A stretch of DNA of 63,987 nt, the filler included, from Octopus bimaculoides (taxonomy: Eukaryota), in assembly GCF_001194135.2 (NCBI RefSeq). It is 10 parts of 9 records of this genome, joined end to end, with 100 filler letters (N's around TTAATTAATTAA, not from the genome) between each part and the next. Parts side by side here need not be neighbours in the genome. Positions count along the whole stretch, not along the records: positions 37,226 to 41,880 come from NC_068990.1; positions 41,981 to 56,370 come from NC_068982.1; 8 more parts are not named here. One strand, written 5' to 3'. This document shows positions 37,721-51,156 of this stretch, in pieces. Position 1 is the first letter of the stretch, and each line of letters opens with the position of its first letter. The notes below the pieces were generated by a model. It saw nothing but the letters and a program-made list of their open reading frames with translations. It ran no database searches and was not told the DNA's origin. The translations under genes were made by a program, and so were the position numbers.

Positions 37721-40713
37721 AATATCTATGACTTCACAATTGAACCTGTGTCAATTTCCAGCTGAAGCAAGTCCTAAACCTGAATTCCGAGGCGAAGATC
37801 TTCCTTACTATATCTCAGTTCTTTTATGAAGTGTCCTGTCTGAAATATTAGAAACACGTATCAATCATTAGTTGCTCTTCATGAAAAGTAACTCAGCTTA
37901 CAAAGATTTCATGGAGATGAAAACCATGTATAAAAATATCTTCTATTGAAATGAAAAAATATTTTAAAAAAAAGACATCTTGCTTTTTTTGTTTTTTTTT
38001 TTGAAATGTTATACAAATGTCCTTTGAAACAAAAATGTTTTTAAGAACATCCATGTTGTATGGCTGGATTTTATTCCAGGATACCATTACATTTAGAAGC
38101 AGTCATGACTGTGAGATTATGAAACTCGCTTTGCAACCTCATGGTTTTGAGTTCAGTCCCACTGCACAGCCTCTTGAGCGAGTGTCTTCTATGACAACCC
38201 TCAGTTAGCTAATGCTTTGTGAGTGAAACTGCATGGAAAGCCATCATGTGTGTGTTTGTGTTTGGGTGTACTTCCACCTCCACTTGACAACCAGTATTGG
38301 TTTGTTTACATCCCTGTAACTCAGTGGTTTGACAAAAGAGCTGATAGAACAAGTACTTGACTTAAACACTGAGGTTTTATTCAACTAAACCCTTCAAGGC
38401 AGTGCCCCAGCATGGCCACAGTGCAATAACTAAAACTAAAGTAAGAGAATATGATGACAGAATTCTAAATCTGTATTTTTGTGTGCACATGCATACAGTA
38501 TTGGTGTTGCACAAAGTAGTTTGTGTGTGTATATATATATATGTATTGGTACTTGTATACAGTTGACACTTCTATGTATATGTATGTGTATATATTGTTG
38601 TTTACACTCAGTTGTATGTTTATGGGTATATTTTGTTGTTATTTAACTTTTGATTAATTCTGGTCAAGAAAAACTTTAATCAAAGACATCTCAGTTATAA
38701 TCATCATGATGTTAAGGGAATCTTACTATATTGTCTAATGTGTCCTTCACATTTTTAAGAGGTGTTTTGAGGGAGATTTAGTTGCTATTTTTAGTGGATC
38801 AAACAACCTCAAAGTAACTCTCCTGTTATCTTGTGTCTATATTTATACTGATCTGTTGAAGAAAATTAGTTCCACTGAGGTTAGTAAGAAGTAATGTTGA
38901 TGCTGCCTGAGTTAAAGCTGGGATGATAGTAATAAAAATGTCAGAATATGAATGCTTGTGTCCAAGACATGCAGTGTGGAAGTACATCAACTAAATTGAT
39001 TAGAAGTGATATTGTATATATATGTACAAGCTTGCTTGGCTGGAAAGATATTAAATGTGGGGGTTGCAGTTGTTCTCTGTGCAGAAATGTGGATAAAAAA
39101 TATTATTAATGAAGTGAAGATGAAAGATACAATGTTTTTTGGTAATTAATGAAGAATTAGATAGATTCCATGATCCTAAGACAACCCACTAGAATAAAAC
39201 TGAAGTTCTAAAGCAACAATGAGGTTGAACTTAAAAAATGTTTCTATCATATAAATAGATTTTTTAACATTTTTATGTCAGTAAGACTCAAAATAGTGAT
39301 ACTGGAGTGGTTATGACCAGAGTTCATGGAATGGAGCAGCTATATTTTTTGAGTCCTGTGCAACAAAAGAATTACAGAACTCCATTTGGCTAAATGGTTA
39401 TCTATTTGATAACTGAATGTCAGGCCGACACTGTTCTGAACTAGAAAAAAAAAAAGAAACAAACTGATTATGGATGCACCTCACTGTACAGATTTGTGAT
39501 TAAAAGAATGCTAAAAGAGTCCACTTTATGAGTTCCTGGTCTTCATCAAAGAAAACTTACCTATCAACTGTCTACAGAAAGATTAGTACTTTAAAGCTAT
39601 TTTTATTGTGTATTAACTTGATCAGAGCTAAACAGGTGTTGCTAATTAGCATAATAGGGCAGATGCTGACAGCATAAATGAATAAATGAATGAATGAATC
39701 AATTAATTGTGTGCAACACATTGTTTTTATTTATTTTTTTACTCAATTCAGAAAGTAAGTTTTACTTTTTACTAAACATACAATATATACATAATTCATC
39801 CAATATTGAGACTTCACTACATTGCTATGTTTCCTGTTATTATTTTCCCTACAGGGTTATAAACATATTCTAGTTTCGATAAGCCTTAAGACTGAGTTAA
39901 TTTGCCATCAGTTAGGTATTTTGAAGTAACAAAAGAAAATGTTTATTTCCCACATGTCGCTGAAGGCTAAACAGTATGTGACTGGAGTGGATACTTTATT
40001 GGTGGCCATTCTCAAAGCTGGATGTACGTCCCTTCCATAATTATTACAAATAGGATTTTGGGATATGCCAGCTACTGCTACATGCAGTGTATTATCTAGT
40101 TTGTACTTCACAATTTTTTCAAAGGTGCTTATAATTCTATTTTCAATTCCACAGCACCTCATAGATAATTATGGATGATATATCCCTCACTCAGTCAGTA
40201 TAAGATTATTCTTTTATTTTTTTGATTCATTGATAAATGGACAAGAAAATTTCAGTGATGATGATTCACTTCTCTTTCAGGTTCCAGATATATTGTGGTA
40301 GAGAAGAGTAATTTCTCTAGTTTTCAAATCTGTAGAAGTGGGTGTGTTGAGTATTCCAGCTCATTAGTTCAATTAAGAGTTCAATTGTAAACCAGATACA
40401 AATTTACGTATCAAATCTAAGAAAGAAGGAAATCAAATTTCAGTGTGATTGTTAATGTGATCAGCCAACAAGAATTAGATATTTAGTTTCAATCTCAACT
40501 GTGTGTGTGTGTGTGTGTGTGCATATGTATACAATTGCTGCTCCTCTTTTAAATCTTGAATTAGTGTTTAGATGGAAAAAATATTTACTATAATCTATAT
40601 TATATTTTTATTATTATACTAGCTGGCCCTGTGCCATCAGAAATGACAGCTAATTGTAGTAGTTTATATATAAAAAGGCTACAAAGAAGGTGAAAAAAAT
40701 CAAACAGTGCTTC

Positions 40714-40757
<44 letters not shown>

Positions 40758-41074
40758 ATATGTATACATTGATATGCATGAGTAGCACAGTCTGTAGTGA
40801 ACACGGTTTTGTATACTTTGTCACAGCCAGCTTCCACCACAATAATAGTAATGATAGTTATGATTGTAGGTAATTAGTTATACCAAATTGAATCATTTAT
40901 TGTGGCAGTTAGAACTGAGAATCATGCCAACTGAAACCGCTGTAAGATGAGATTCTGTCTTTTTGTAATTAATTAATAAATTATAATTGATGTGATTCAA
41001 TTGTTATCCATTAATTGTATCTCCATTTGCTGTTTTCTTTATATATATATATATATATATATATAATGTTCCAT

Positions 41075-41510
41075 AGGTCAGTCCTGAAGTACTCAAGGTC
41101 TTTCATACATTGGTGGGCACTTTTGGGATTTGAAGCTGAATTTATCCATAGATGTAGTGGTGGATAGATTTCCATAGAAAAAGGCCTTCCAGTGCATGCA
41201 TTTGATGACACTTTCCATCTTCTCCGTAAGTCATGTCAAGTAGATTTTCCTTGGAGGTATTTGGATATTCCTCAGTGAGTACGGTAGTGGTTGTCTCTCC
41301 ATTGCAAACTGTTGGTCTGACGTTCACAAATGGCACTCAACAGAGTCTGGAACAATTGTACGAGTGAGTAGACAAACAAAAGAAGGGCATTCAACACATT
41401 TATTACATGTATGGATCAAAATAGTTACATGTATGGATCAAAATAGTTTGATTCAAATTCATTGGTACTCTGAGTTTCATGCATGATGCTAGTCTTCAGC
41501 CATTTTGAAT
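41075..41510 (-). mobile_element. Penelope-like element 5' region (pseudo-LTR plus ORF N-terminus)
   Basis: Minus strand NIQIPPRKIYLT*LTEKMESVIKCMHWKAFFY...FKSQKCPP resembles the PLE N-terminal IEKxESxIKRMRWKAFF...GFKSxxxPP motif. Confidence 0.7.
41463..41502 (-). ncRNA. Degenerate hammerhead in a PLE 5' pseudo-LTR
   Basis: Minus strand TGG-CTGAAGA-ctaGCAtcaTGCat-GAAA-CTCAGAG-TA-CCA, about 160 bp upstream of a PLE ORF N-terminus on the same strand. Confidence 0.5.
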
Positions 41511-41814
41511 TTGAATGAAAGAAGTTGATTGTTATTACTGTAAAGTGGGCTGTGATTGGTCAAGGAAGGTCACGCAGTGTCATGATTTGATGTTGGCATA
41601 TCAGTATATCAGCAACAACAGTTAGTTGGAAAATACCCGTGGTGGACAGGAAATCAGTCAAGTTGTTGGAGGGAAAGTAGGAAGGGGTGGTTTGCGCAAG
41701 TATGTAGTTGTATATGCGGGTGTGTGGACACGCTCATGTGGTTTTACCTGTATGTCTGTATTCAAGCGAGCATGTGCATCTATACATGGGTATGCATGCC
41801 CACACTCATAGACA

Positions 41815-41880
<66 letters not shown>

Positions 41881-42031
41881 NNNNNNNNNNNNNNNNNNNN
41901 NNNNNNNNNNNNNNNNNNNNNNNNTTAATTAATTAANNNNNNNNNNNNNNNNNNNNNNNNNNNNNNNNNNNNNNNNNNNNATATTGATATACATATATAT
42001 ACGTGTGTTTGGGTGCGTGTGTGTATATACA

Positions 42032-42122
42032 TCTCTATATATAAAGATGATGCGTAGTCTAGACGGCGTTTTTAGATTTCATTATTCTCTTTAACCCGGG
42101 CAACGCCGGGTATTTATGCTAG
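42032..42122 (+). mobile_element. Miniature non-autonomous Helitron (91 bp)
   Basis: A|TCTCTATATATAAAG 5' end, subterminal hairpin CCCGG-GCAACG-CCGGG and CTAG|T 3' end. Confidence 0.8.
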
Positions 42123-42195
<73 letters not shown>

Positions 42196-43060
42196 ATACA
42201 TACATACACACATACATACACGATGGGCTTTTCCCGTTTCTGTCTTCCAAATTCCATCACAAAGCACTGGACTGTTGTCGAAGTGGAACCAAACCCCAAA
42301 TCAATCACGTGGCTGCAAAGTGATTCTTTTAACAACACAACCAAATACACAATGCGAGTATAGTTAAATACATTAAAAAAAAAAAATATGGATTTTCCAC
42401 GATGTTTTAGTTTGAACATACAACCTCGGATCAAGCCATTTGGAAACATTTTTAACTCTGGCGTATTTTAAAATGTTACTGAAACAGAATCCTAAATATA
42501 GAGAAAACTTTGCTTGGTGAAATGTGCAAGATATATGCAACTAAATGCACCTGCCCAATCTTTAATGCATTTCGGTAATGCTAAAATGGAAGCTATTTCT
42601 GTCTTTTGTTTTATTGGTCTTTAGTCATTGGCAGTGGATAGTCAGTTATTTATTCAGCTGGTCAGTTCGTGAAAAAACGTTTTGGTTAGTAATAATGGTC
42701 AGACAAATATAGGTAGAAAGAGAGAGCAGGAAGGCGAGAGGGAGGGAGGGAGGGAGGNNNNNNNNNNNNNNNNNNNNNNNNNNNNNNNNNNNNNNNNNNN
42801 NNNNNNNNNNNNNNNNNNNNNNNNNNNNNNNNNNNNNNNNNNNNNNNNNNNNNNNNNNNNNNNNNNNNNNNNNNNNNNNNNNNNNNNNNNNNNNNNNNNN
42901 NNNNNNNNNNNNNNNNNNNNNNNNNNNNNNNNNNNNNNNNNNNNNNNNNNNNNNNNNNNNNNNNNNNNNNNNNNNNNNNNNNNNNNNNNNNNNNNNNNNN
43001 NNNNNNNNNNNNNNNNNGAGTGGGTGAGTGAGTGAGAGAGATAGAGGTAGAGAGGTTGTC

Positions 43061-43121
<61 letters not shown>

Positions 43122-43210
43122 TAGAGAGACTGGGAGACAGAGAAGGAAAGATAGGGGAGAGATTGAGAGAGAGAGAGAGAGAGAAAGGTTGAGAAAGAGC
43201 GAGAGAAATA

Positions 43211-43241
<31 letters not shown>

Positions 43242-43859
43242 AGACATACACATATATACATGTATATATGCATATATATATGCATATGGGAGAAAAGAGA
43301 GTAAGAGAGAAAGGGAAAGAAAAAGAGATAAAGAGCTAGAGACAAAGAGAAAGAGAGAGAGAGAGGGAGAAGGGAAGAAGACGAAGAAAAATAAACAAAG
43401 AGGACGTAAATAAAAAGGGAGAGAGAAATAAACTAATCGAAAGAAAGAAAGGAAGAAAGAAAGAAAGAGCGGGAGGGGCAAAAGTGGAACATGGCGGGTG
43501 GTTGGTGGTTAGTTGTCCTTTGTTAGAATATAAAATGAAATGACCATAGCATGATGTAAAATTGTTTTGTTGGACTGACTGACCGACCGACCGACCGACA
43601 GAGTAAACAGTTGAGCAGACGATATGGAAACGAAGGCAAATGACAAAATGGGGAAAAAAGGAAAAGATGAAAGCCATGACAAAGAATTGGAAGCTCTTTT
43701 TTTCTTTTCTTTTCTTTTTTTTTTATCGATATGCCTCAGTGTTTGTTGTGTGTTGTCTGCATTAGAGCTTGCGGAGATTTCACGTTTTAAGATGTTGAAT
43801 TGTTTCTTCAAACAGAGTTTTGTTTCGTACTAACTTTTTTTTTTCAAAAGGAAAATATG

Positions 43860-44985
43860 TATGTAATGTTGTGTAAGGCTATGTATGTATGTATGTATAT
43901 GTGTGCGTATGTATGTATGTATGTATGTATGTATGTATGTATGTATGTGTGAATGTGTGTATGTATGTATGTATGTGCGTGTGTATGTGTGTGTATGTGT
44001 ATATATGTATGTATGTATGTATGTGTGAATGTGTGTATGTATGTGTATGTATATGTGTGCGTGTCTATATATGTTTGTAATGTATGTATGAATGTGTATG
44101 AATGCGTATATGTATATATGCATGTATATATGTATGTGTGTATGTATATATGTATGAATGTATGTATGTTTGTTTGTATGTATGTATTAATATATGCATG
44201 TATGTATGNNNNNNNNNNNNNNNNNNNNNNNNNNNNNNNNNNNNNNNNNNNNNNNNNNNNNNNNNNNNNNNNNNNNNNNNNNNNNNNNNNNNNNNNNNNN
44301 NNNNNNNNNNNNNNNNNNNNNNNNNNNNNNNNNNNNNNNNNNNNNNNNNNNNNNNNNNNNNNNNNNNNNNNNNNNNNNNNNNNNNNNNNNNNNNNNNNNN
44401 NNNNNNNNNNNNNNNNNNNNNNNNNNNNNNNNNNNNNNNNNNNNNNNNNNNNNNNNNNNNNNNNNNNNNNNNNNNNNNNNNNNNNNNNNNNNNNNNNNNN
44501 NNNNNNNNNNNNNNNNNNNNNNNNNNNNNNNNNNNNNNNNNNNNNNNNNNNNNNNNNNNNNNNNNNNNNNNNNNNNNNNNNNNNNNNNNNNNNNNNNNNN
44601 NNNNNNNNNNNNNNNNNNNNNNNNNNNNNNNNNNNNNNNNNNNNNNNNNNNNNNNNNNNNNNNNNNNNNNNNNNNNNNNNNNNNNNNNNNNNNNNNNNNN
44701 NNNNNNNNNNNNNNNNNNNNNNNNNNNNNNNNNNNNNNNNNNNNNNNNNNNNNNNNNNNNNNNNATATATATATGTATATATAAATGTATATATAAGTAT
44801 ATATATAAATACATATATAAATATATATATATGTATATATGTATATATAAATATATATATAAATGTATATATATATATGTATATATAAATGTATATATAA
44901 GTATATATATAAATACATATATAAATATATATATATGTATATATGTATATATAAATATATATACAGATACATATATAAATAATTC
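43860..44985. repeat. (TATG/TG/TA)n compound microsatellite spanning a gap
   Basis: Direct. Similar blocks at about 8720-8995, 26660-27060, 54140-54500 and 55720-56690. Confidence 0.95.
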
Positions 44986-46207
44986 TATATTTAAATTCAA
45001 TAATAGGACGAATTCTTTTACAAGAATTTATCAAGTAGCTTGCGTGAAAAAACCTCATAAGGGAAAAAATCCATCATTTATTCCCGAAATATATATTTGT
45101 ATTTATATAAGGGCATTACTATACAATAACGCCTCACGCTATGAGGGACTCTAAGGTCAGACTACTATAAAAAGCACATTNNNNNNNNNNNNNNNNNNNN
45201 NNNNNNNNNNNNNNNNNNNNNNNNNNNNNNNNNNNNNNNNNNNNNNNNNNNNNNNNNNNNNNNNNNNNNNNNNNNNNNNNNNNNNNNNNNNNNNNNNNNN
45301 NNNNNNNNNNNNNNNNNNNNNNNNNNNNNNNNNNNNNNNNNNNNNNNNNNNNNNNNNNNNNNNNNNNNNNNNNNNNNNNNNNNNNNNNNNNNNNNNNNNN
45401 NNNNNNNNNNNNNNNNNNNNNNNNNNNNNNNNNNNNNNNNNNNNNNNNNNNNNNNNNNNNNNNNNNNNNNNNNNNNNNNNNNNNNNNNNNNNNNNNNNNN
45501 NNNNNNNNNGAAAAAGAAAATGGAGATTGGGAAGCTAATAATTGTTTATTACCAACAGCCAATTAATTATCTTCACTTACAGCTCTTTCAATTAATACTT
45601 CGTAAATATTAAATTTATATTTATATGACCTGAGCATAATATTTTCAGAGGAAAAACTATACCCTTGGATATTTCATATGTTTTAACCTTTGCGACGGGC
45701 TTCTTTCAGTTTCCGTGAACCAACTCCATTCAGAAGGCTTTGGTCGGCCGGACTCTATAGTAGAAGACACTTGCCCACGATGGCACACAGTGGACAGAAG
45801 CCAGAACCATGTATTTCAGAAGGAAACTTCTTACCACGCGGTCATTTACGACTGTACAGTGTATTTAATCTAGCTTAATCTACGCGCTTATTGTTGTTGG
45901 AAATCCGGAATTATTGTTGCTGGAAATCCGGAATTATTCTGTGTGACTTTGAAGCATTTATAATTTTGCGTTTTAGTGGCCTTTCATGTCTCTCTAGTCA
46001 ATCGTCTTATATCACAGTCTTATTTCATAATTAAGGAAAACTTAATTATTCACTAATTAGTAATCTTAATCCTAGTAAGTTTTGTCTTCTGATTATGGAT
46101 CTAATAAACATAATTTATGCTCCATTTGCAATATTGGAGATACATAGGTTGACGCTGAATCTTATGCAAAATTCCGGCGTCGAACTACCACATTAACTGA
46201 CTGCCTG

Positions 46208-46375
46208 TCAACGAAAGGCGACGAGCTGGCAGAATCATTAGCACTTCGGGAAAATGCTTAATGGCATTTCGTCCGTCCTTACGTTCTGAGTTCAAATTCC
46301 GCCGAGGTTGACTTTGACTTTTATCCTTTTTGGGGGTCGATAAAATAACTTCCAGCTGAGCACTGAATGTAGTTA
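46208..46375 (+). mobile_element. SINE family A ending in (TCG/TCA)n
   Basis: ggcgacgagctggcagaatc...ggggtcgataaaata, then microsatellite. Confidence 0.85.
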
Positions 46376-46377
46376 TC

Positions 46378-46500
46378 ATCACCATCGTCGTCGTCACCGT
46401 CGTCGTCGTCACCATCGTCGTCGTCACCGTCATCGTCATCGTCGTCGTCGTCATCGTCGTCGTCGTCATCGTTGTCGTCGTCATCGTCGTCGCTATCATC
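46378..46500. repeat. (TCG/TCA)n microsatellite
   Basis: Direct. Confidence 0.95.
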
Positions 46501-46849
46501 TTCAGTATCAGCGTGACGTCGGCGATTGTTTTGCTTTAAATCGGACAAAATACTTAGCGCCATTTTTTCCGCTTCTCTATGCTCTTAATTTAAATCCAAA
46601 TAAACTCAAATTTGCCTTCAACCCTGGAACAGACCGATGTCCCATTCAAGGAAATGTGATCTCGTTCACGTATACGCAATGGACATCGAGTATTCAGCCT
46701 TATGAACCCTAAGGCTCAAGCAAATAACAAAATGTCGAGGGTGCTCTACGTAGCCATTAGTTCTGATTGCCAAAGAGTACAAATTGTTCGAACGCAAATG
46801 GTTGCAGATTGATTTGCTACTATTGCTAATGTTTCTAAAGGTGCAGTTC

Positions 46850-47788
46850 TCGAAAAACATGTTGACATTTCAAAACCAAGGTAAATCTAGTTCTGGCGAG
46901 CATAATTCTGGACGGAAGGCAACACTCAGAGAGGGACCACAGAATAGCGAAACGTATCGTATATCAAAAACCATCGAACTACAGCAGCAACGTGAGAAGA
47001 GAGCTGAACCACCACCTTGCCAATTCCATGTCAGGCAAAATCGTTCGTAATGAGCTCCCTAAATTTGGATATATGAAAGCGATAAAATTACTAATCATCT
47101 CTGGTCTCAGCATCAACAAGCGGAAAAAATGTTGCTTAGACATCAGAAGTAATCAAAAGCTCAGTGGAACACTGCCATCTTTTCTAATGAATCCTCGTTC
47201 ACTTTCTTTTCCACTTTGGAGTAAGTTTGTCTCAAGACAATCCAGAAAAGCATTCAACCATGGCTGTTTGGCTCCGATCGGAAAGCATGGAAGTGGCGCT
47301 GTGATGATTTGGGCAGCGATATCAAGGTATTTGCTTGGCCCTTTTGTTGTTAGGTTGTTAGTTATTAACACGAAGGATTGTTTAAGTATTTTGGCTGATC
47401 ATGTTCAACCTATGTTACAAACGCTCTTCCCTGATGGTTGTGCAATCTTTCAGGACAATAATCCACCAATTTACACGGATATTGTTATTTAATATTGATA
47501 TGAAGGGCTAAAGATTGAACTGACCAATTGGATTTGCTCCTACAATCACGTGATCTCAATACAAAGAAGCATTCATGGTGCATGTTGGAGCAGCAAATGA
47601 AGAGCTGCTTCTCTTTACCATTTTCCTTGAAAGAGCTAAAACGCGTTTTACTTGAAGAGTGGCTCAAAATTCTCCTAATAACCATTCAGAACCCGTATGA
47701 GCCAATTCCTCGACGTATTAAAGCTGTAATTGAAGCCAAAGGTAGACCAGCGCCGCATTGAATAACAAAATTTCCATTTAACAAGGTG

Positions 47789-47790
<2 letters not shown>
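46850..47790 (+). mobile_element. Tc1-like (DD34E) transposase remnant
   Basis: KHGSGAVMIWAAIS, LFPDGCAIFQDNNPPIYT and DLNTKKHSWCMLE...IPRRIKAVIEAKG, with frameshifts. TIRs were not identified. Confidence 0.88.
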
Positions 47791-47839
<49 letters not shown>

Positions 47840-48131
47840 NNNNNNNNNNNNNNNNNNNNNNNNNNNNNNNNNNNNNNNNNNNNNNNNNNNNNNNNNNNNN
47901 NNNNNNNNNNNNNNNNNNNNNNNNNNNNNNNNNNNNNNNNNNNNNNNNNNNNNNNNNNNNNNNNNNNNNNNNNNNNNNNNNNNNNNNNNNNNNNNNNNNN
48001 NNNNNNNNNNNNNNNNNNNNNNNNNNNNNNNNNNNNNNNNNNNNNNNNNNNNNNNNNNNNNNNNNNNNNNNNNNNNNNNNNNNNNNNNNNNNNNNNNNNN
48101 NNNNNNNNNNNNNNNNNNNNNNNNNNNNNNN

Positions 48132-48170
<39 letters not shown>

Positions 48171-48779
48171 TGCATACGTACATGCACACGTACATACATA
48201 CATACATACATATATATATATAAATACATATATGCATACGTACATGCATACACACACACACACACACACATACACACACACACATACACACACATATATA
48301 TATATACACATATACAAGCACCATCATCATTATTGTCAGTAGTACACACACACTCACACACACATATAAATATCACCATCAACAGTATTGGTGGTGGAGG
48401 TGGTGGAGGTGGCGGTGTTGATAGAAGTAGTAGTATCAGTTTGCGGCATGATGGTGTTTGTGGTGGCAGGGGTGTTGCTGTTGTTATTATTATTGATGAA
48501 GCGATCATCGCCGTAATGAAGCCAGTGGTTTGGAAGCTGTATGGTGCGCTTGAGAAGAGATTTGGAACAGCGTCTTCAATGGAAAGATATTGTATTGACA
48601 AAAGGGGGAAAAGGAAAGGGAGAGTCGAAATTGCATGGGTTTGATTGAGGAAACTGACGTAGTGGTGGGTGGTTTTGGGAGCCGACGGGGGAAATGGATT
48701 TAAAGAATTTAAGGAGCTAGTATGATCAGTGAATCGGAATAAGGGCTCAATGAAATGATATCTGATGTTGAAGACTTTA

Positions 48780-49490
48780 GTGATGGTAGTAATGGCGGTG
48801 GCGATGGTAGTGGTGGTGTTGGGGATGGTAGTGGTGGTGGTGGTGTGGTGGTACCGATGGTAGTTGTGGTAGCTTTGCTGATGGTTGTGTGATGATGGTA
48901 ACGAAGGCAGGGTTGGCGGTGGTGACTGAGACGTGACATATTGGTTGTGGTAATTTTTGTTGTTGCTGTTGTTGTTGTGGTGGTGGTGGATCTGTTGGTG
49001 GCGGGGCTATCGTAGTGGTTGTGGTTTGGGCATAGTGGTAGATGTGGTTGCTGTGGTGATGTGTGGTGGCTATCATGGCGCCTAGGGGTCGGGATTATGT
49101 TGGTAACTGCAGTGATGGTTATGGTTATGGTAGTTGTGGTGGTAGCGGATGTCGTTGTATTGGTGGTGGTGGCTGTGGTGGTTATGTTGGTGATGGTTGT
49201 GATAGTTGTGGTGGTGGTAGCAGTAGTGGTTGTGGTGGTGATGGTGGTTGTGGTGGTGGTAGTGATTGTGGTTGTAGTGGTGGTAGCGGTAGTGGTTTGG
49301 TGGTGATTGTGGTTGTGATGGTGGTAGCAGTAGTGGTTGTGGTGGTGGTAGCAGTAGTGGTTGTGGTGGTGATGGTAGTTGTGGTGGTGGTAGCAGTAGT
49401 GGTGATGGTAGTTGTTGTGATGGTAGTTGTGGTGTGGGTTATCGTTGTGGTGGTGATTGTCCTTGTGGTAGTAGTTGTGGTGGCGGCAGT
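48780..49490. repeat. Compound (GGT/GTT/GTA/GAT)n low-complexity array
   Basis: Direct. Confidence 0.92.
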
Positions 49491-49904
49491 GATGAACCTT
49501 GGTGGTAATAACTTCGACAGGACCTAGAAGAAGATCATATTGGTGTCGGCGGTAGTTTAATAAACCATATCGTTTAGTCATCAATCATCATTCTTTATAG
49601 AGCAGATTTATACAAGGAATCATATCAAACCGTCAGATAAATTCAGTCGTTCTCCCCTCCTCCCCTCAACCATCATTTTTAAAAATCCTTTCCAATGTTA
49701 ATCGAATTAACACAAAAAAATATTTTTATCATAGTGTTTCACGGCCGTATTTCGTATCTCTGTTCGTCCTCTGCAAATATTGTTCACCGTTTTTGAAATT
49801 TCAATAAATTCGACCTATTTTCAGATATTTGGCGATGGAGGGCAGAGTAATAGGTGAGGGCTGGGAAGAAACGAATAAATCTATCTTTTCTATTCTAGGC
49901 TCAA

Positions 49905-50130
49905 GGCATTTCGCCCGGCGTGCTAACGATTCTGCCGGCTCGCTAGTTCCTTATTCTTTTCTACTCTCGGCAAAAGGCCCGAAATTTTGGGGGAGGGAGC
50001 CAGTCGATTAGATCGACCCCAGTACGCAACTGGTACTTAATTTATCGATCTCAAAAGGATGAGAGGCAAAGTCGACCTCGGCGGAATTTGAACTCAAAAC
50101 GTAACGGCAGACGAAATACCGCTTAAACAA
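49905..50130 (-). mobile_element. SINE family A, rearranged
   Basis: Head fragment at 49905-49945 lies next to the tail end of the body at 49957-50130. Confidence 0.75.
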
Positions 50131-50843
50131 ACCAACAGCGTTTGTCAAGCTTATCACACATCCATGATTGCAACCATTATATCTAAGCCTACATCGTCTC
50201 ACTTGTCCATTCTATTTTTTTAAACGGTAATGTGTAATGTAAGGCATATTTAACTGCTATTTCTAGCAGATCTTCCAGCCACGAAGAGCTCCCCCGTGAT
50301 GGTGTTGGTCCTGATGGTAGTGTTAGCTGTAATGCCAATTTTCGGAAGATTTTTTTTATATGCTTTGAGACACGTGTGTTACATTCTTCCCTTTTCGTTT
50401 TCTTTCCTGTTTTCCTTCTTTCCTCGTTTATTTCTTTTCCAATTAGATTTCCTTTTAATTAAGAAAACTGTTAATGGATTTCACACCTCGGCTTCATACA
50501 CGAAATCATTCGCGAATTATGCGTGAATTAGAAAACGGTAGCGTTTGAAATTTTGTAAATAGAACTATTTGCTTTCACAGTATATTAGCTACAGAAAATA
50601 GTCTTATAGGGACATCTAAAGCTCGTAATAGGAAAAAGAAAAAGAAATGGGTATTAGTTCGCGTACTAATGCCCATTTGTTTTCCATTAAAGGGGGCTTG
50701 TCTGTCTTAATATCGGACTATTTTCAATAGTCAATATACGGTGAAAGCTAATCGCTCTCTTTACAAAATGATTAATTTGCGACGTTATTAGTTACCAATC
50801 TTTGAACAATAAGATACCAATAGCATGTGACATCCATCCATCC

Positions 50844-50882
<39 letters not shown>

Positions 50883-50890
50883 CATCCATA

Positions 50891-51088
50891 GAAGGGACAA
50901 ACAAGGACAGACAAAGGGATTGAGTCGATTACATCGACCCCAATGCATGACTGGTACTTATTTAATCGACCCCGAAAGGATGAAAGGCAAAGTCGACCTC
51001 GGCGGAATTTGAACTCAAAACGTAACGGCAGACGAAATACCGCTAAGCATTTCGCCCGGCGTGCTAACGTTTCTGCCAGCTCGCTCGC

Positions 51089-51090
<2 letters not shown>
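50891..51090 (-). mobile_element. SINE family A copy between (CTAT)n tracts
   Basis: Reverse complement of the 37272 copy at high identity. Confidence 0.9.

Positions 51091-51156
<66 letters not shown>

Noticed and set aside
37762-37829. Possible terminal exon of the LRR gene (xEASPKPEFRGEDLPYYISVLL*)
   Set aside because: The phase does not follow exon F, it has no recognisable similarity, and it lies beyond a contig join.
40495-40770. Direct repeat caact(GT)n gcatatgtataca, about 230 bp apart
   Set aside because: A short local duplication around a microsatellite with no TSD, TIR or functional signature.
42625-42684. Possible upstream DDC exon starting HWQ
   Set aside because: It continues WIVSYLFSWSVREKTF, not the invariant IPLGRRFRSLK.
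49063-49527. Gly/Cys/Val-rich ORF resembling a structural protein
   Set aside because: It is a by-product of the compound trinucleotide array, and several frames on both strands are open.
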